The notes: generated by a model from the letters alone, not told the origin. A DNA stretch of 64,000 nucleotides from Eledone cirrhosa (GCA_964016885.1 OZ024743.1:82460001-82524000), one strand, 5' to 3'. Counted from the first letter of the stretch, positions 12,748 through 27,754 are shown. Numbers and translations are program-made.

Positions 12748-13803
12748 ATCATCATCATCATCATCATCGTTTAACGTCCATCTTCCACGCTAGCATGGGT
12801 TTGGACGGGAGTTTTCCCACTTGAGGCAAGATTGGTTGTTTTGCTCGTATAGGACTGTCTGGCGGGTTTTCTACGGCTGGATGCCCTTCATAACACCAAC
12901 CACGTTTACAGTGTGGACTGGGAGGTTTTTACCGTGTTACCTACACGGCCACATTACAGCGTGGACTGTGTTTTTTTTTGTCGTGACACCTACACGACCT
13001 CATTTGTTTCGGACTGGATGTTGTGGTACCAACATAACTTTACATTGAAAGGGGTGGTGTGGGTGGGGTGGGGGTAGTGGGACGGGGTGTATTTTGTTAG
13101 AGGTGCCTACTGACTGTAGTAGGTTTCACTTTGTACTTAGGTAAGGCGGGTCTTCTGTATTACTGTGTAGCGCCAAAGATCTCGGTCCAGTGACCTTGTC
13201 TTGGAGAGGTGTAAGTGTGTGAGGTCGGAATTTATCAAGTCGTCCCATGTTTTTCTGGGTCTGCCTACTCCGTGGCTACCGTCTATTTTTATTGCCCTGC
13301 ACTTTTTTATACAGCTGTCGTCTTTCATGCGCATCACGTGACCATACCAACGTAGTCTTCTCTCGAGTAAACAACATCTGATCCATCTTATTTCTAATTT
13401 TTCCCTTAGTTCGTTTATGCTTTGCCGTTCACGTATATTACTATTACACATCCAGCGGAGCATGCAAGCTGCGTTCCTCTCCAGTCTGTGTTCCTCTCCA
13501 GTCTGCGTATATCCTCTGCACACAATGCCCAGGTCTCACTGCCATGTAACATTGCTGTTCGTATGCAGGCATCATACAGCCTACCTTTCATTTTTAGAGA
13601 GAACCCTTTAGCGGCCAATAGTGGTATAAGCTCTCTGAACTTTTTCCATCCAGTTCTGACTCTAGCTACTGTACTTTCAGAGCACCCTCCACCACTGCTG
13701 ATTTTGTCACCCAAGTAACGGAAGGTGTTCACTATTTCTATAGAACCATCTGTGCAATGGAATGAGCTAGTATTCTGTGGGCACTTGCTGCTACTTATTG
13801 CAC
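12748..13803 (-). mobile_element. 5'-truncated RTE-clade LINE (RT C-terminus, 3' UTR, (GAT)n tail), frameshifted
   Basis: FRYLGDKIS..ARVRTGWKKFREL..LYDACIRTAMLHGSETW..RRLRWYGHVMR..GRPRKTW..DRDLWR; a 17-bp tandem duplication at 13473-13505 breaks the frame. Confidence 0.93.
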
Positions 13804-13814
13804 TATATATATAT

Positions 13815-14015
13815 GGGAAAAAGTATGACTCCGACGGCAGAGCTCAAGCCGTTTCGACGGCTATTTCTGGACTACTAGTCCAGAAATAGCCGTCGAAACG
13901 GCTTGAGCTCTGCCGTCGGGGTCATACATTTTCCTATTTCCCACTCTACTACCCTAAGTATTGAGTACTCTGATGCGTTATGGTCCATCTGGTTCCTTAC
14001 CACAATTGCTTTGTT
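13815..14015 (+). mobile_element. Fold-back element family C
   Basis: Near-perfect palindrome ~13816-13934 centred on GGACTACTAGTCC, plus the conserved tail; TA-flanked. Confidence 0.88.
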
Positions 14016-14422
14016 ATATATATATATATATATACACGCACACACACACATGCATACGTATGTATACACATACAAATACATCCATGCCTAGGGCGTGCGG
14101 TCGATAATTCCTGAACTGGGCAGTACATTGCGTCTTTGAAAAAGATACTTTATATTAAAACATTGAAAGAAAAAGCTGTGTTTCAACTTGGTAGGAGGCC
14201 AACTAAACCGTCTTAGGTGCGAGATAGAAATTTCAGTTTTTTTTATGTTCAATTGAAGTATAGAAGTGCTTTTCTTTCAAACAACTTCTATTGATTATCT
14301 GTCTTCCAGTGTGATCGTTCTTATTAAAGGAGTTTTCATATTTCCTTCTAAGTTCTTTCTTTGATTTGAAACAGTAACGTTTCTAAATCCATTTGTCTAT
14401 TAAATTCAGAGGCCATTACAGC

Positions 14423-14679
14423 CAGGGCCGGATTGCCCCGGGTCCCTACAGTGGGGGCACCACCGATGGCCGTAGCAATTTATTGTGTGTCCTCACTCGG
14501 GATTTTTAGGATGGTTTGAATTTTTTATTTAATACCTGTATGTATGACTTAGCAATTCCAATTACTTGCGCCAAGCTTATTTTGATATGTAAAATCGGGG
14601 GCGGGGTGCTGTGTATTTTATTTTTTGTGTATGACCCACCACCACCACCACCACTACCCCCCGTCTAAATTCAGCCCTG
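14423..14679. mobile_element. Old hAT-like MITE
   Basis: TIRs CAGGGCCGGATT / AATTCAGCCCTG (10/12); no 8-bp TSD preserved. Confidence 0.45.
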
Positions 14680-14778
14680 ACCATGTCTTCATCTTCAAGA
14701 GTAGAATGGTTTCATATTAGTGGCGTATATTTCACATATGTAGGTAGTTGTAGAGTATCATGAAAGTGGTAAGAAATA

Positions 14779-14959
14779 ATTGTTTCTACTTTTGACACAA
14801 GGCCAGCAATTATCCCAGTGCATTACTGGTACTTTATTTTACCCGTAAGGATGAAAGACAAAGTTAATCTCGGCGGGATTTGAACTCAGAATTGCAAGGG
14901 CCGTAACTCTATGCATCAAAGCATGGCGTCCGACCCTCTACCGATACTGCCAATCCACT
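14779..14959 (-). mobile_element. SINE family A
   Basis: Full motif set; 16-bp TSD AGTGGTAAGAAATAAT at 14765-14780 and 14960-14975. Confidence 0.95.
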
Positions 14960-14979
14960 AGTGGTAAGAAATAATGGTT

Positions 14980-15283
14980 GTTTGATACTACCCTGGTTTA
15001 ATACTACCCTTGTTTGATTCTACCCTCGTTTGATACTACCCTGGTTTAATTCTACCCTGGTTTAGTACTACCCTGGTTTAATACTACCCTGGTTTAATTC
15101 TACCCTGGTTTAATACTACCCTGGTTTAATACTACCCTGGTTTAATTCTACCCTGGTTTAGTACTACCCTGGTTTAATACTACCCTGGTTTAATACTACC
15201 CTGGTTTAATACTACCCTCGTTTGATACTACCCTGGTTTAATTCTACCCTCGTTTGATACTACCCTGGTTTAATACTACCCTG
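14980..15283. repeat. 16-bp minisatellite (TACTACCCTGGTTTAA), ~19 units
   Basis: Tandem units visible. Confidence 0.95.
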
Positions 15284-15582
15284 CAATGGACGATCAGTGT
15301 TCCAGTTGTTCATATATATATATCGGACGTATTGTATAATATTGTTCGATTTGTCCAGGTCAGTTGTCTAACCTGATTAGTTTTTTCGTTGATTTGGTAT
15401 TATGTGGCTAGGCTTACCTGCCGCAATTGTCAATTTGTCAACCTGTCTAAACGTATGTTATTACTCTAAGGCCTGCAACCTTATCGAATGCTTTGCTGCA
15501 CATTCCTAATTGTATATCGTTAGCTTGGCCACAGTCAAAACTTCGATTTTACTAAACTTCCACTTGTATATATATATATAAA

Positions 15583-15770
15583 CAAAATATAAACAATCAA
15601 ATCTTAGTTTAATACATTTAGTATAATACATTAGCAATTAAATGTATTAAACTAAGATTTGATTGATTTTTATTTGGTATCGCAACTCTGTAATATATTT
15701 GATAATTTACATTGAGCCTTTTCTTTTACTGGTGATTAGCTAGTGCTTAGTACTACCCTCTATATTTATA
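15583..15770. mobile_element. TA-flanked fold-back element with 26-bp perfect arms
   Basis: AATCAAATCTTAGTTTAATACATTTA 15595-15620 and its revcomp 15639-15664, followed by a tail with ACTCTGT..ATTGAG. Confidence 0.55.
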
Positions 15771-15819
15771 ATTTATATAAAGCATATATAAGTATAAATA
15801 TTATTATTAATACTATATT

Positions 15820-15883
<64 letters not shown>

Positions 15884-16049
15884 TATATCATCCTTATCAT
15901 CGACGTTTAACGTCTATCTTCCACGCTAGCATGGGTTTATATATATATACATGTACGTCAATACTCATCTTTTTCCATTTATCTGAGGGTTCTAAACCCC
16001 ATTATCAGACTAAAATTTCTTTAGTAAAAAAATGCGGTGAAAGCTATTC

Positions 16050-16464
<415 letters not shown>

Positions 16465-16720
16465 TGTATATATATATGACCAAGATATCTGACTATCTGT
16501 CTGTATACAGTGGATGCATTCCTAGTTTCCATCAGATTTTGTTCAAATTTGATACACCGGTTATTTAGCTACCGGAGCATGTCAACATATAGTTTAAATC
16601 TTGCTCCTCCTAAAATAGCAGAATTCCGGGGCTATTTAAGGACGGCCATGTTGAGGAGTAAGGGGGTCTATATTTACAGTGACGAAAGGTTTGCCAGGCA
16701 ACGAAAGGCTCTTTTGGTAG

Positions 16721-16799
<79 letters not shown>

Positions 16800-17214
16800 A
16801 TGTGTGTGTATGTGTGTGTGTGCGTGTATGTATGTATATATATAGCTTGCTCGTGCAAGTAACTGAACATTCCACGTGCGTATGTTGTTAAGGTAATTCT
16901 CATAGAGAAGATTCACCATAACACTATGTACAACGATTCTCTTTGTGTTAGAATTATTCAGTTGGACGGGCTTCCAAACATGGTCTGTCTTCCAAGCAGT
17001 ATAATACTATAGTTAAATAGTTGGTCATCCAATATTGCATTACTTAGTTTCACAAACACACGCAAACACGCAACGTATGGCTGTAATATAAGATGGAATA
17101 TAACATCTATATGGACACGTAATAACAGAATATTTGAAAGGAAATTGGTTCTCTGTTGATAAGTGGTAAAATATTGGATAGTGGGGGGGGGTAGTTGTGT
17201 AGGGATCTAAGACA

Positions 17215-17285
<71 letters not shown>

Positions 17286-17286
<1 letters not shown>

Positions 17287-17432
17287 GGAAAATGTTTAAC
17301 CCCGACGGCTATCGAAACGGCTTGAGCTCTGCCGTCAGTGTTAAACATTTTCCTATTACCCACTCTACTACCCTAAGTATTGAGTACTCTGGTGCGTTAT
17401 GGTCCATCTGGTTCCTTACCACACCTCCTTCG

Positions 17433-17434
<2 letters not shown>
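17286..17434 (+). mobile_element. Fold-back element family C (short left arm)
   Basis: Same arm core and essentially the same tail as 2926 and 13815; TA-flanked. Confidence 0.88.
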
Positions 17435-17490
<56 letters not shown>

Positions 17491-17839
17491 TGTTATACTT
17501 TGTCGTTAGCAAAGCCTGCTTTCTCCGTTTTGGACCTTTAAAACATTTGTTATTAGCTTAAATTGTCTTTTCGTTAAAATTCCTGCATGCCGATTTTCGA
17601 TTGCATCATTTGGGTCGCTTCTGTCCTTGTTAAAGTAAAGAATATATATCCTTTTACATCGGGGTCCACTGTGCCTGATCATAATTTCTTTCTCTATTTC
17701 CATGGCGAAAAGTCAATATCTCCCTGCTTCTGGCTATTTTTGTTGCTCATTTACATTCATAATCTGTTCACTCAATACAATTTGTAAAAGTTCACGTATG
17801 TATCCTCTTTCAAAAACAAGATGGTGTAGGACAAGACAA

Positions 17840-17987
17840 AGGCGGGACACAAAATAAAAACCACGTCACTGAGGAGGTCACAGAATGTGTGACGAAAGAG
17901 CTTTGACACTATATAAACACCCATCCGGTTATCGAACCAATCAACCGGAAATTTATAATAAATTAAAATGAAAATCAACAGGTGCGT
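17840..17987 (+). promoter_or_regulatory. Candidate promoter and short first coding exon (ATG AAA ATC AAC AG|GTGCGT)
   Basis: GGCGGG 17841, CCACGTCA 17861, TATATAAA 17910, CCAAT 17937, CCGGAA 17945, AAAATG with ATG at 17968, donor-like CAG|GTGCGT at 17981/17982. Confidence 0.3.
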
Positions 17988-18194
17988 GTGTAAATATTGA
18001 CGGCATGACCCTCCAAAAGTATAACGATATCTGTTTCAACATACGTTTTCAGATAAGAAAGTTTTCAAAACAGATTCAAAAACGAAGTATATATAAAGGA
18101 ACGATCGAATTTCGTCAAATCGGACCGAGGAAACAATGTTTCCAATGGTCCTTCCAGTTGCTAGTACTATCTATCGGTTGCAACTCCAGGTAGA

Positions 18195-18315
18195 AGGAGC
18201 AACATGAAATAAAGTGTCTTGCTCAAGGACATAACGCATCGCCTGGTCCGGGAATCGAACTCACAACCTCACGATTGCGAATCCAATTCTCTAACCACTC
18301 AGCCACACTCCTTCA
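18195..18315 (-). mobile_element. tRNA-CORE SINE (family B), 5' part
   Basis: Minus strand: TGGCTGAGTGGTTAG (A box), GAGTTCGATTCCC (B box), GTCCTTGAGCAAGACACTTTATTTCA (CORE-like). Confidence 0.85.
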
Positions 18316-18353
18316 GTAGTATAAATATATATATATATATATGTATGTATGTA

Positions 18354-18408
<55 letters not shown>

Positions 18409-18464
18409 GTGTGTGTATATATATATATATATATGTATGTATGTGTGTGTGTGTTGTATGTATG

Positions 18465-18495
<31 letters not shown>

Positions 18496-18555
18496 GTGTG
18501 TGTATATATATATATGTATGTATGTGTGTGTGTGTGTGTGTGTGTTGTATGTATG

Positions 18556-18593
<38 letters not shown>

Positions 18594-18600
18594 TATATAT

Positions 18601-18655
<55 letters not shown>

Positions 18656-18662
18656 CATATAT

Positions 18663-18793
<131 letters not shown>

Positions 18794-19392
18794 CACAGTT
18801 CAAGAGTAACGAATCTTAAAGAGAGAGATGGAGAAGGAGAGGAGATAGGAGAGGAGAGATTGGTGAATTAGTTAGAAGCCAAAGCGTAAAGGCATGTGTT
18901 CAATGTGCAATATGCAGTAGAAAGCAGCTAGGTGGCTGGGTTCATGCAGAAGTTAGGCGCACAGAGCTGGAAATATTCATTAGTTAAGCAAAACAAGACC
19001 ACAAATTTCACAAGGAAGACATTATTAAAAGATTGTCAACATATTTTAGTTTGATGTAAGGAATGTAGAGAATAAAAATAATAATATTAATAATAATAAT
19101 AATGTCTGTTTACAATTGTTTCGCTACTCCATATAATATTTCTGGATCAAATGACTATATATCATTGATCTGGTTCAGTTGAAAATAATTAACATAGTTA
19201 AAGATAGAGCGGCTCATCGGAACTTCAAAAGAATATAAATTAAGATAAGGAAAGAATGTTACATAAATGTAATGTTCCATATATTGGTATTTCACTATGG
19301 TGTCCTGGGTGTATCAATTGTCTGCCATAATCAAGCAGTATTCTTCTGTCGAGGCTGCATTGTGTGAGATCTGCCTATGTGTAATATGGGTA

Positions 19393-19439
19393 ACTCTAGT
19401 GAGTAATGGCCTAACCAGTTTCAAACTGAATCCATCCTG

Positions 19440-19507
<68 letters not shown>

Positions 19508-19630
19508 CAGGATGGATTCAGTTTGAAACTGGTTAGGCCATTACTCACTAGAGTACTCGATACTTGGGGTTGTAGAGTATGGTTATATTCTAAAAAGTCG
19601 GGACCGTCGGGACGCCGACGGCTGAGCTCT
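19393..19630. mobile_element. Family C-related element whose tail is duplicated in inverted orientation around (TA)n
   Basis: Perfect 162-bp palindrome 19393-19554 (52-bp arms plus (TA)n); the right copy continues into CCGACGGCTGAGCTC; related to 55180-55268. Confidence 0.8.
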
Positions 19631-19780
19631 TGGTGTTTCAACACGGGATCCCGTCTCTCTATTATATATATATATCCCGCTGATGAAGTATTATAGAACA
19701 CCTTCTGTAATGACTACATAGGATACATAACAACTGTGAATGTCTGTACAGCTGTAACTGTCTCCTCAGTCTATAATACA

Positions 19781-20164
19781 GATGGTATAACCATCTTCCC
19801 GTTCCGCCGTGGCAAACCCCTCGTCTGGGATGCCAATTGCACCGACACTTTCTCCAGCCGCAACCTGGTGCAGTCTGCGACTAACCCAGGTTCTGCTGCA
19901 CGTCGGGCTGAGGAGGGCAAACTCTTCGAATACCGGTCGCTCTCCGACAGGTTTGAGGCTGTACCCTTGGCAGTGGAGACTTCTAGTGTCCTCGGCCCTA
20001 GAGCTATCTCCCTACTCACCACCAATATAGGCGCTGAGCTGGCCAGCCGCAGATGTGACCCTCGTGAGTTGGAATGGCTCTTCCAGCGCGTCTCCCTTGC
20101 CGTCCTCCGGGGAAACGCCTTCTCCATTCTGTCCGCCGGGGCTGTGGGGAGGCGACCAATATGA
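19781..20164 (+). mobile_element. CRE-clade non-LTR retrotransposon 3' fragment (restriction-like endonuclease domain)
   Basis: DGITIFPFRRGKPLVWD..AARRAEEGK..Y..FEAVPLAVET..FQRVSLAVLRGNA, the typical CRE RLE C-terminal motifs; GC-rich island. Confidence 0.8.
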
Positions 20165-20827
20165 TTGACTGACTTGTCATTTAATTATGTACTTTTTATA
20201 TATCTATATCTGTCCAACACCATATTTTGAGATACAGAAACTAACGTTAATTGTATATAGTGTCCAGTCTACGTTATAGGTTGTGTACGTTATACCTTCA
20301 TAGTCTACGTTATACCTTCATTGTAAGTTCATACCCTCAAAATAGTGAACACCATTGTGTGGGCCGGCCAGGGCTACTCGGATCTTTTTTCTGATAGCTT
20401 CCTTAACATGTATGTGTGTGTGTGTATGTGTGTATGTATGTGTGTATGTGTTTGTGTATGTGTGTTATTTCTTTCTCTTAATTTCGAGTATATTTTTTTG
20501 ACCGGCCACCTTCCTGGTGGCAAGGTTGTAAAAGAAAAGAAATTGTCATCGCTTGAATTGCAAGAATGTCCTCCTTCTCCTGTATTTTTCTGACAACGTT
20601 TACCACAAGTGGGCAGCTGATCTCCACAATATGTGTGTATGTATGTGTGTATGTATATATGTGCGTATGTATGTATGTGTGTGTATGTATGTATGTGTGT
20701 ATGTATGTATGTGTGTGTGTGTGTCTGTATGTGTGTGTATGTATGTATGTATGTCTGTATGTGTGTGTGTGTATGTCTGTATATGTGTATGTCTATATGT
20801 AGGTATATATTATGTATGTATGTATGT

Positions 20828-21350
20828 AAGCATGTATGTTCTTCTGGTTTTATAATTTCACAAATTTTTTCCCAATAGAGAGAGTCGGTTTCTAACATAG
20901 ACACAAGACTCTCTCATTGGAATTTACGCAACATCAACTAGGTAGATATGTATGCATGCATGCATGCATGTGTAGATATGGATGTTAATGTATGTGTGGA
21001 TGTGTATGTTTTGAGTTGTATGTGTGCATGTGTATATGCTTTGTATCTGTACATGGGTATATGCAGTTATTAGATGCAGAATGTTTGGTATGTTTTACAT
21101 AGTTTTACTGTTCCATTAATGGATTGTACTTGTAATTTCCTAACTAGTTGTGTTCTTTTTGTTCCTGTGAAGCCTAGCTTCTCAAGATTCTCCTTTTCGC
21201 TAATCTTTGATATTACATTGGCATCTGCTGGGCAGCTAACTTCCACTACTGTGCATGCCTTCTTTTCCCTGTCCCATATCATTATGTCTGGTCTGTTATG
21301 TCTGCATTTTATTGGGGTTTTTACTGGAACATTCCACCAGTACTCTTTCA
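20828..21350 (-). mobile_element. R4/Dong(NeSL)-like RLE retrotransposon 3' end
   Basis: YWWNVPVKT..HNRPDIMIWD..CTVVEVSCPAD.NV..K..EK..N..LQVQSINGTVKLCK (PD-(D/E)xK; apparent internal deletion after EKEN); 3' UTR hairpin 20872-20920. Confidence 0.8.
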
Positions 21351-21514
21351 TATTATGTATTTGTATGTATATATGTGTGTATGTGTATATGTGTGATCTA
21401 TATACGTATTGGTATTGATACAAACGAACGGAAATCACAATCAATACATGATGTGTAAGTTAAGTTTGGCTTATTTCAAGAGGTAAAAACAGATGTCTGA
21501 TTAGAAGCCAGAAT

Positions 21515-21702
21515 ATTTGTATAGAAACGGCTTCTACAGGGCTAGAACTATGTCATTCGTCGGTATTCCTGATGATTTCATACCAATGAAACATTTCTAC
21601 TCTTGTAGAAGCCTTTTCTATATAAACATCTGTCTTCACTCTACACATGTATTGAGTACCTTATTTAGTGTGGTTAACCTCGACTCAACTCGGGATCAAC
21701 TT
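21515..21702 (+). mobile_element. Fold-back element family E with a degenerate hammerhead-like core
   Basis: Arms GGCTTCTACAGGGCTAGAA / TTCTACTCTTGTAGAAGCC; CTGATGA..GAAAC inside; tail CACTCTACACATGTATTGAGTAC; homolog at 49345-49530. Confidence 0.65.
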
Positions 21703-21757
21703 ATACATATATACACATATAAAAGAAATTCGTTTTCAAATATAAAAACTGGAAATA

Positions 21758-21945
21758 TATATGATAAGATTCAAGACCCCGACGGCTGAACTCCGGCCGC
21801 TTCAACGGCTATATCCGAACTCGGATCTACCTGTCGAAACAGCCGGAGTTCAACCGTCGGGGTCCTGAATCTTTTCATATTACCCACTCGAGTACTCTGG
21901 TGGGTTATGGTCTAGCTAGTTTTTACCACACCCTATCTGATATAA
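21758..21945 (+). mobile_element. Fold-back element, family C variant
   Basis: GATTCAAGACCCCGACGGCTGAACTCCGGC / GCCGGAGTTCAACCGTCGGGGTCCTGAATC, plus GAGTACTCTGGTG tail. Confidence 0.8.
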
Positions 21946-21970
21946 TATATATATATTTATATTTATATAT

Positions 21971-22430
21971 GGGGAGGGTCGTATTTGTGTAATAATTGTT
22001 TCTACTTTTGGCACAAGGCCACCAATTATCCAGTGTATTACTGGTACCTTATTTTATCGACCCCGTAAGGATGAAAGGCAAAGTTAACCTCGGCGGGATT
22101 TGAACTCAGAATGGCAAGGGCCGTAACTCAATGCGTCAAAGCATGGCGTCCGACCCTCTACCGATACTGCCAATCCACCATTTGTGTAATAATATTGCCA
22201 GAATTAATAACAGAACACACTGGTTTTCGCTTTTGTGTCCTTTATATCGGTTAATTTAATTTATTCGGTCCTCAATGTTACCATTGACTGACCAACGGTC
22301 AAAAATACAGATACAATATAGACACAAACACATATATATAGTCTAACAAAGTTCTTTCGTTGCACATCTGCAACATCGACAGTGGTGCTATTATGTTTCC
22401 TCCCGTTGCATTGTATGCCTACGCCATCTT
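21971..22430 (+). mobile_element. Unclassified dispersed repeat (family I) interrupted by a SINE A
   Basis: Matches 42946-43215 once 21997-22193 is removed. Confidence 0.85.
21995..22179 (-). mobile_element. SINE family A
   Basis: Full motif set; 14-bp TSD ATTTGTGTAATAAT at 21983-21996 and 22180-22193. Confidence 0.95.
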
Positions 22431-22788
22431 TATTTAGTCTGTTTATTTATTTATTTATTTGTTTATTTGTTTGTCTTCTCTGCGCATGCGTTTGCGTGTG
22501 TGTATAGTGTTTTGTTTGATGATTATATATATATATAATAGTTATAATGTAGTCTAGGAGGTTTAATGTAATGTTCAGGATGGTGAGATGATGAAATCTA
22601 TCGCAGTGAAGCAGTCTTCTCTCAATCTGTCTTTTTAGCACAAACATGTTTTGGTAAGGAAGACAATTGAATAGAAATCGATATCTCTCTTTATTATCGA
22701 TGTTTAGCTGACTACATCATTCAGACACGTAGAAACACACACACACACATTTATGTTGTAATAATATTATCTTTGTGTCTGTTGTGAT

Positions 22789-24365
<1,577 letters not shown>

Positions 24366-24983
24366 TCACAGATATTACCATAAGACAAAATGTGCGATCA
24401 AAGTGTTTCCGATTATGTCGGCCATTAACTAACATAAGTGGTCTCTTCACTTTTTTTCTCTTGTCTCTGTCGCCATCTTGAAAAAATTGTAAGGACAACA
24501 AAATGACAGATTTATGAATATTGAAGAAAATAACCTATGTTCAAATACGAACCCATGGCCTTTCCTCCTACTACTCCTCCCCTTTCTTACTACTTCTATT
24601 CCTCCACCTCTTACTTCCACCACCCTACTGCACCTTTCTCTACCTCTCTTTTATCTCTTATTTCTTTTCTTGTATTTTTCCCTACATTGTTTCCCACTAA
24701 TTTCCTTTATTTTTTTAAGCCGTTTCCTTTTCCTCTACAGTCATGATAACTCTACCCATAATTTTATATTTGATGTGTAAAACACACACACACAAACACA
24801 CACGCACACACATATATGAAAAGTTTTACCTAAGTACACACATATATACGTATATGAATACACATATATACACACACGTGTGTTTGTGTATTAATATATG
24901 TATATATATATGCGTGTGTGTTTAACATTGCACACAATCTATAAATTTAGAAAGGGTTGGTGTAAACACAATAATATAAATAA

Positions 24984-25335
24984 AATTGGTTTTAAATATG
25001 AAATTAAATCATCGCATAGAATAGAAAGACAAGCGTTAATCGTACATTACGATTAAAGATGAGGAACAATGTGTCCAAGTTTACCAACAAAGACCTCACC
25101 CAGGACCCCACATCTAAACCTGCTGGCTTTGACATTCCCAGAAAGCAATGGCTGTCCCTTGATCAGATCCTCACAACACATGCCAGGACAAGGAAAGTGA
25201 CTCTGGGGACCCTGACCAGACAGTGCTGAATGTCGCTCGGAATTGCCCCCTCAGAAGTTTTCCTGGGGGCAATCCTTTATGCCGCCTTTGTCTGGTTCAC
25301 CGGTTGATCTACCTTTCTAGCTATTGTGTATATGT
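24984..25335 (+). mobile_element. Vingi/Ingi-like LINE 3' fragment, decayed
   Basis: NKDLTQDPTSKPAGFDIPRKQW..L..IL.T..DQTV..V...CPLRSFPGG C-terminal motif; homolog at 33050-33447 (-). Confidence 0.65.
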
Positions 25336-26734
25336 CATACGACCAGATCACAAACAACATTTTACTTTGAATCATATAGATGGTGATATCATCAAGACTA
25401 TTACGCATACGTTAAGAATTCTGTTCTTCAACAGAGATTCGGCCGGGAACAAATAATTCTATCCTACAGGTCATTCGATAGCTCAGATATTTGCGATTTC
25501 GTTGTTGGATGGTTGTAAGAAACTCTCAAGAGAGCTGGACAGCAGAAGGTCTTCAGAGAAGAAACCCGCTCAAGCGAGTATTTCGGCTAAACCAGACGCA
25601 TTAAGCAAGAAATTGACTCCGTCGAATATAGTATTTCAATGAGATGATGGCCTGGCTGTTTCCCAACGTCGAGCCACACTCTAGATATAGAAGACACCTT
25701 TGCATATCTAAGTATTCCTGTCTAAAAGTAACCGTTAATACTAACCTACCTCTAGAGTTAAGCCCAAATAAATACAAACGATATAGTAAAGAAAATGTTA
25801 AGTATTTCTATGTTAATACTGGCTCCTGTCCTTAAGCTTGGTTTTAAAACTTCACAGATACCATTGATTAATTTCATTATGGCTGCACTAATAACAGGCA
25901 AAGTCTTATGACACACAAGTCAACATAATTAACAGACGCCAAGTGCACATGCAGCTACACCAATGTAGGACCACACGACCAAGCAATGTGGAGATATTAT
26001 TATCAGAAATAAAAGTCGGGTCTACCTACGTTGGTATGGTGGAATTCCTTACGAAATGTCGCCATTTTCACGAACACCTGCTAAAATGTTCAAAAGACAC
26101 CGCCCTGCCAGGTTGAGCAATCTAATATTAATCTATCATCTGTTCTCTGTTCTCTGTTCCCAATGAAACAGATGCCAGGAAACGACAGTTTTATGGTAGT
26201 TTAATAACATTCACACATTGAAAGCACCACTGTCATCAACTTTCGTCATTTTTATTAAGGATGTTTCATATTTTCTTAGTTTGGAACAGTAGCGTTTCTA
26301 CATTGATGTATCAACGTTTCGAAGTCTTCACAGCCCCATCTTCAGTTAAGGCTACAAAACGTTAATAAGCACGTGGAGTTAGGAACATTATTGTTCCGTA
26401 CAAAGTATATAGAATTAATAAGGAAATACTGAAAACCTGGAGCACAGCCTTGGTTTCAATATAACAAATTTGAAAGGAAAGCTGTTCCCTAAGTCTACAA
26501 ATTTATAGAATCTTTATATACTTGTTTCACAATCCACAATCCCTTTTTCCTCAAAATTCTTGTCCTCCATATTTCCGCTCCTTCTTCATCTTCGTTGTCT
26601 TCCTCATCACCATCATCATCATCGCTACACCTACCTCCTCCATTATCTTGCTCTTTCACTCTCCTGTTTCAGCAGTAATAGATGTAACAATCTCTTCCCA
26701 CCCCAACCTCATCACGCTCTTCCATCAACCTCCC

Positions 26735-26965
26735 ATTACCCTGCTCCTCATCATCATCGCACCCTCCTATCACCCTCATCATCATCATCACACCCTCCTA
26801 TCACCCTCATCATCATCATCGCACCCTCCTATCACCCTCATCATCATCATCACACCCTCCTATCACCCTCATCATCATCATCACACCCTCCTATCACCCT
26901 CCTCATCATCATCACACCCTCCTATCACCCTCCTCATCATCATCATCACACTCTCCTATCACCCT
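26735..26965. repeat. ~31-bp minisatellite ACCCTCCTATCACCCTC(ATC)n
   Basis: Tandem units. Confidence 0.9.
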
Positions 26966-27392
26966 CGTCTTCCTCCTCTTCCTTCTCCTCATCATCACAC
27001 CCTCCTTCTCACCCCACCCTCTAGCCCCTCTGTCCTACTTCAACAGTAACAGTAGATGTAATGACCCCGCCCCTCCTCTATACACACATTCCCGTCTCCA
27101 GGGGCTTCCCCCCTTCCTTTTTCCGGCCAATATATCTTTACACATCATAGTCCAAAAGTGGGGTTGATAGCATCACATGGAGGGAGGAGGGGGTTGAAAT
27201 CACTGGACTTTTCACTAGGATCTCTTTCTCTCTCTCCCTGTGTATGTGTGTGTGTGTATATATATATATATGTGTGTGTGTGTGTATACGTGTGTGTGTG
27301 TACATGTATATATGTGTGTGTGTGTGTATCGTTTTTTTAGTGTGCTGTAAACATTATACATGTACTTTTTTTCATTTTAAGTTTTTTTCCTG

Positions 27393-27423
<31 letters not shown>

Positions 27424-27754
27424 AACATACACTTCTTATCAATCTCCACCCCACCTCCTCACGTCTATCTCTCCCTCTCTATTCCTCACACCCTCCCTCT
27501 CTATTGCTGCAAGCGACTGCACTTGTATGGGGGATCATTCAATGATTCAGTGCAAACGAACGACCATTGCACTTGTACGGAAACAGTCGACATTGTACGG
27601 AAACAGTCGACAATTCACTGCAGTAAACAACTAACAACAACAACAACAGCAACAATAACAATAGTAATAATAATTATTATTATTATTGTCATTTCTGTAT
27701 TAGCCACAAGGGCTTACACGTAGAAATAATATACACATTATATGTGTGCGTTTA

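Noticed and set aside
25470-25642. Possible terminal exon after CCTACAG acceptor (HSIAQIFAISLLDG...IVFQ*)
   Set aside because: Short, no recognisable domain, phase incompatible with the 17968 candidate; no support beyond an AG site
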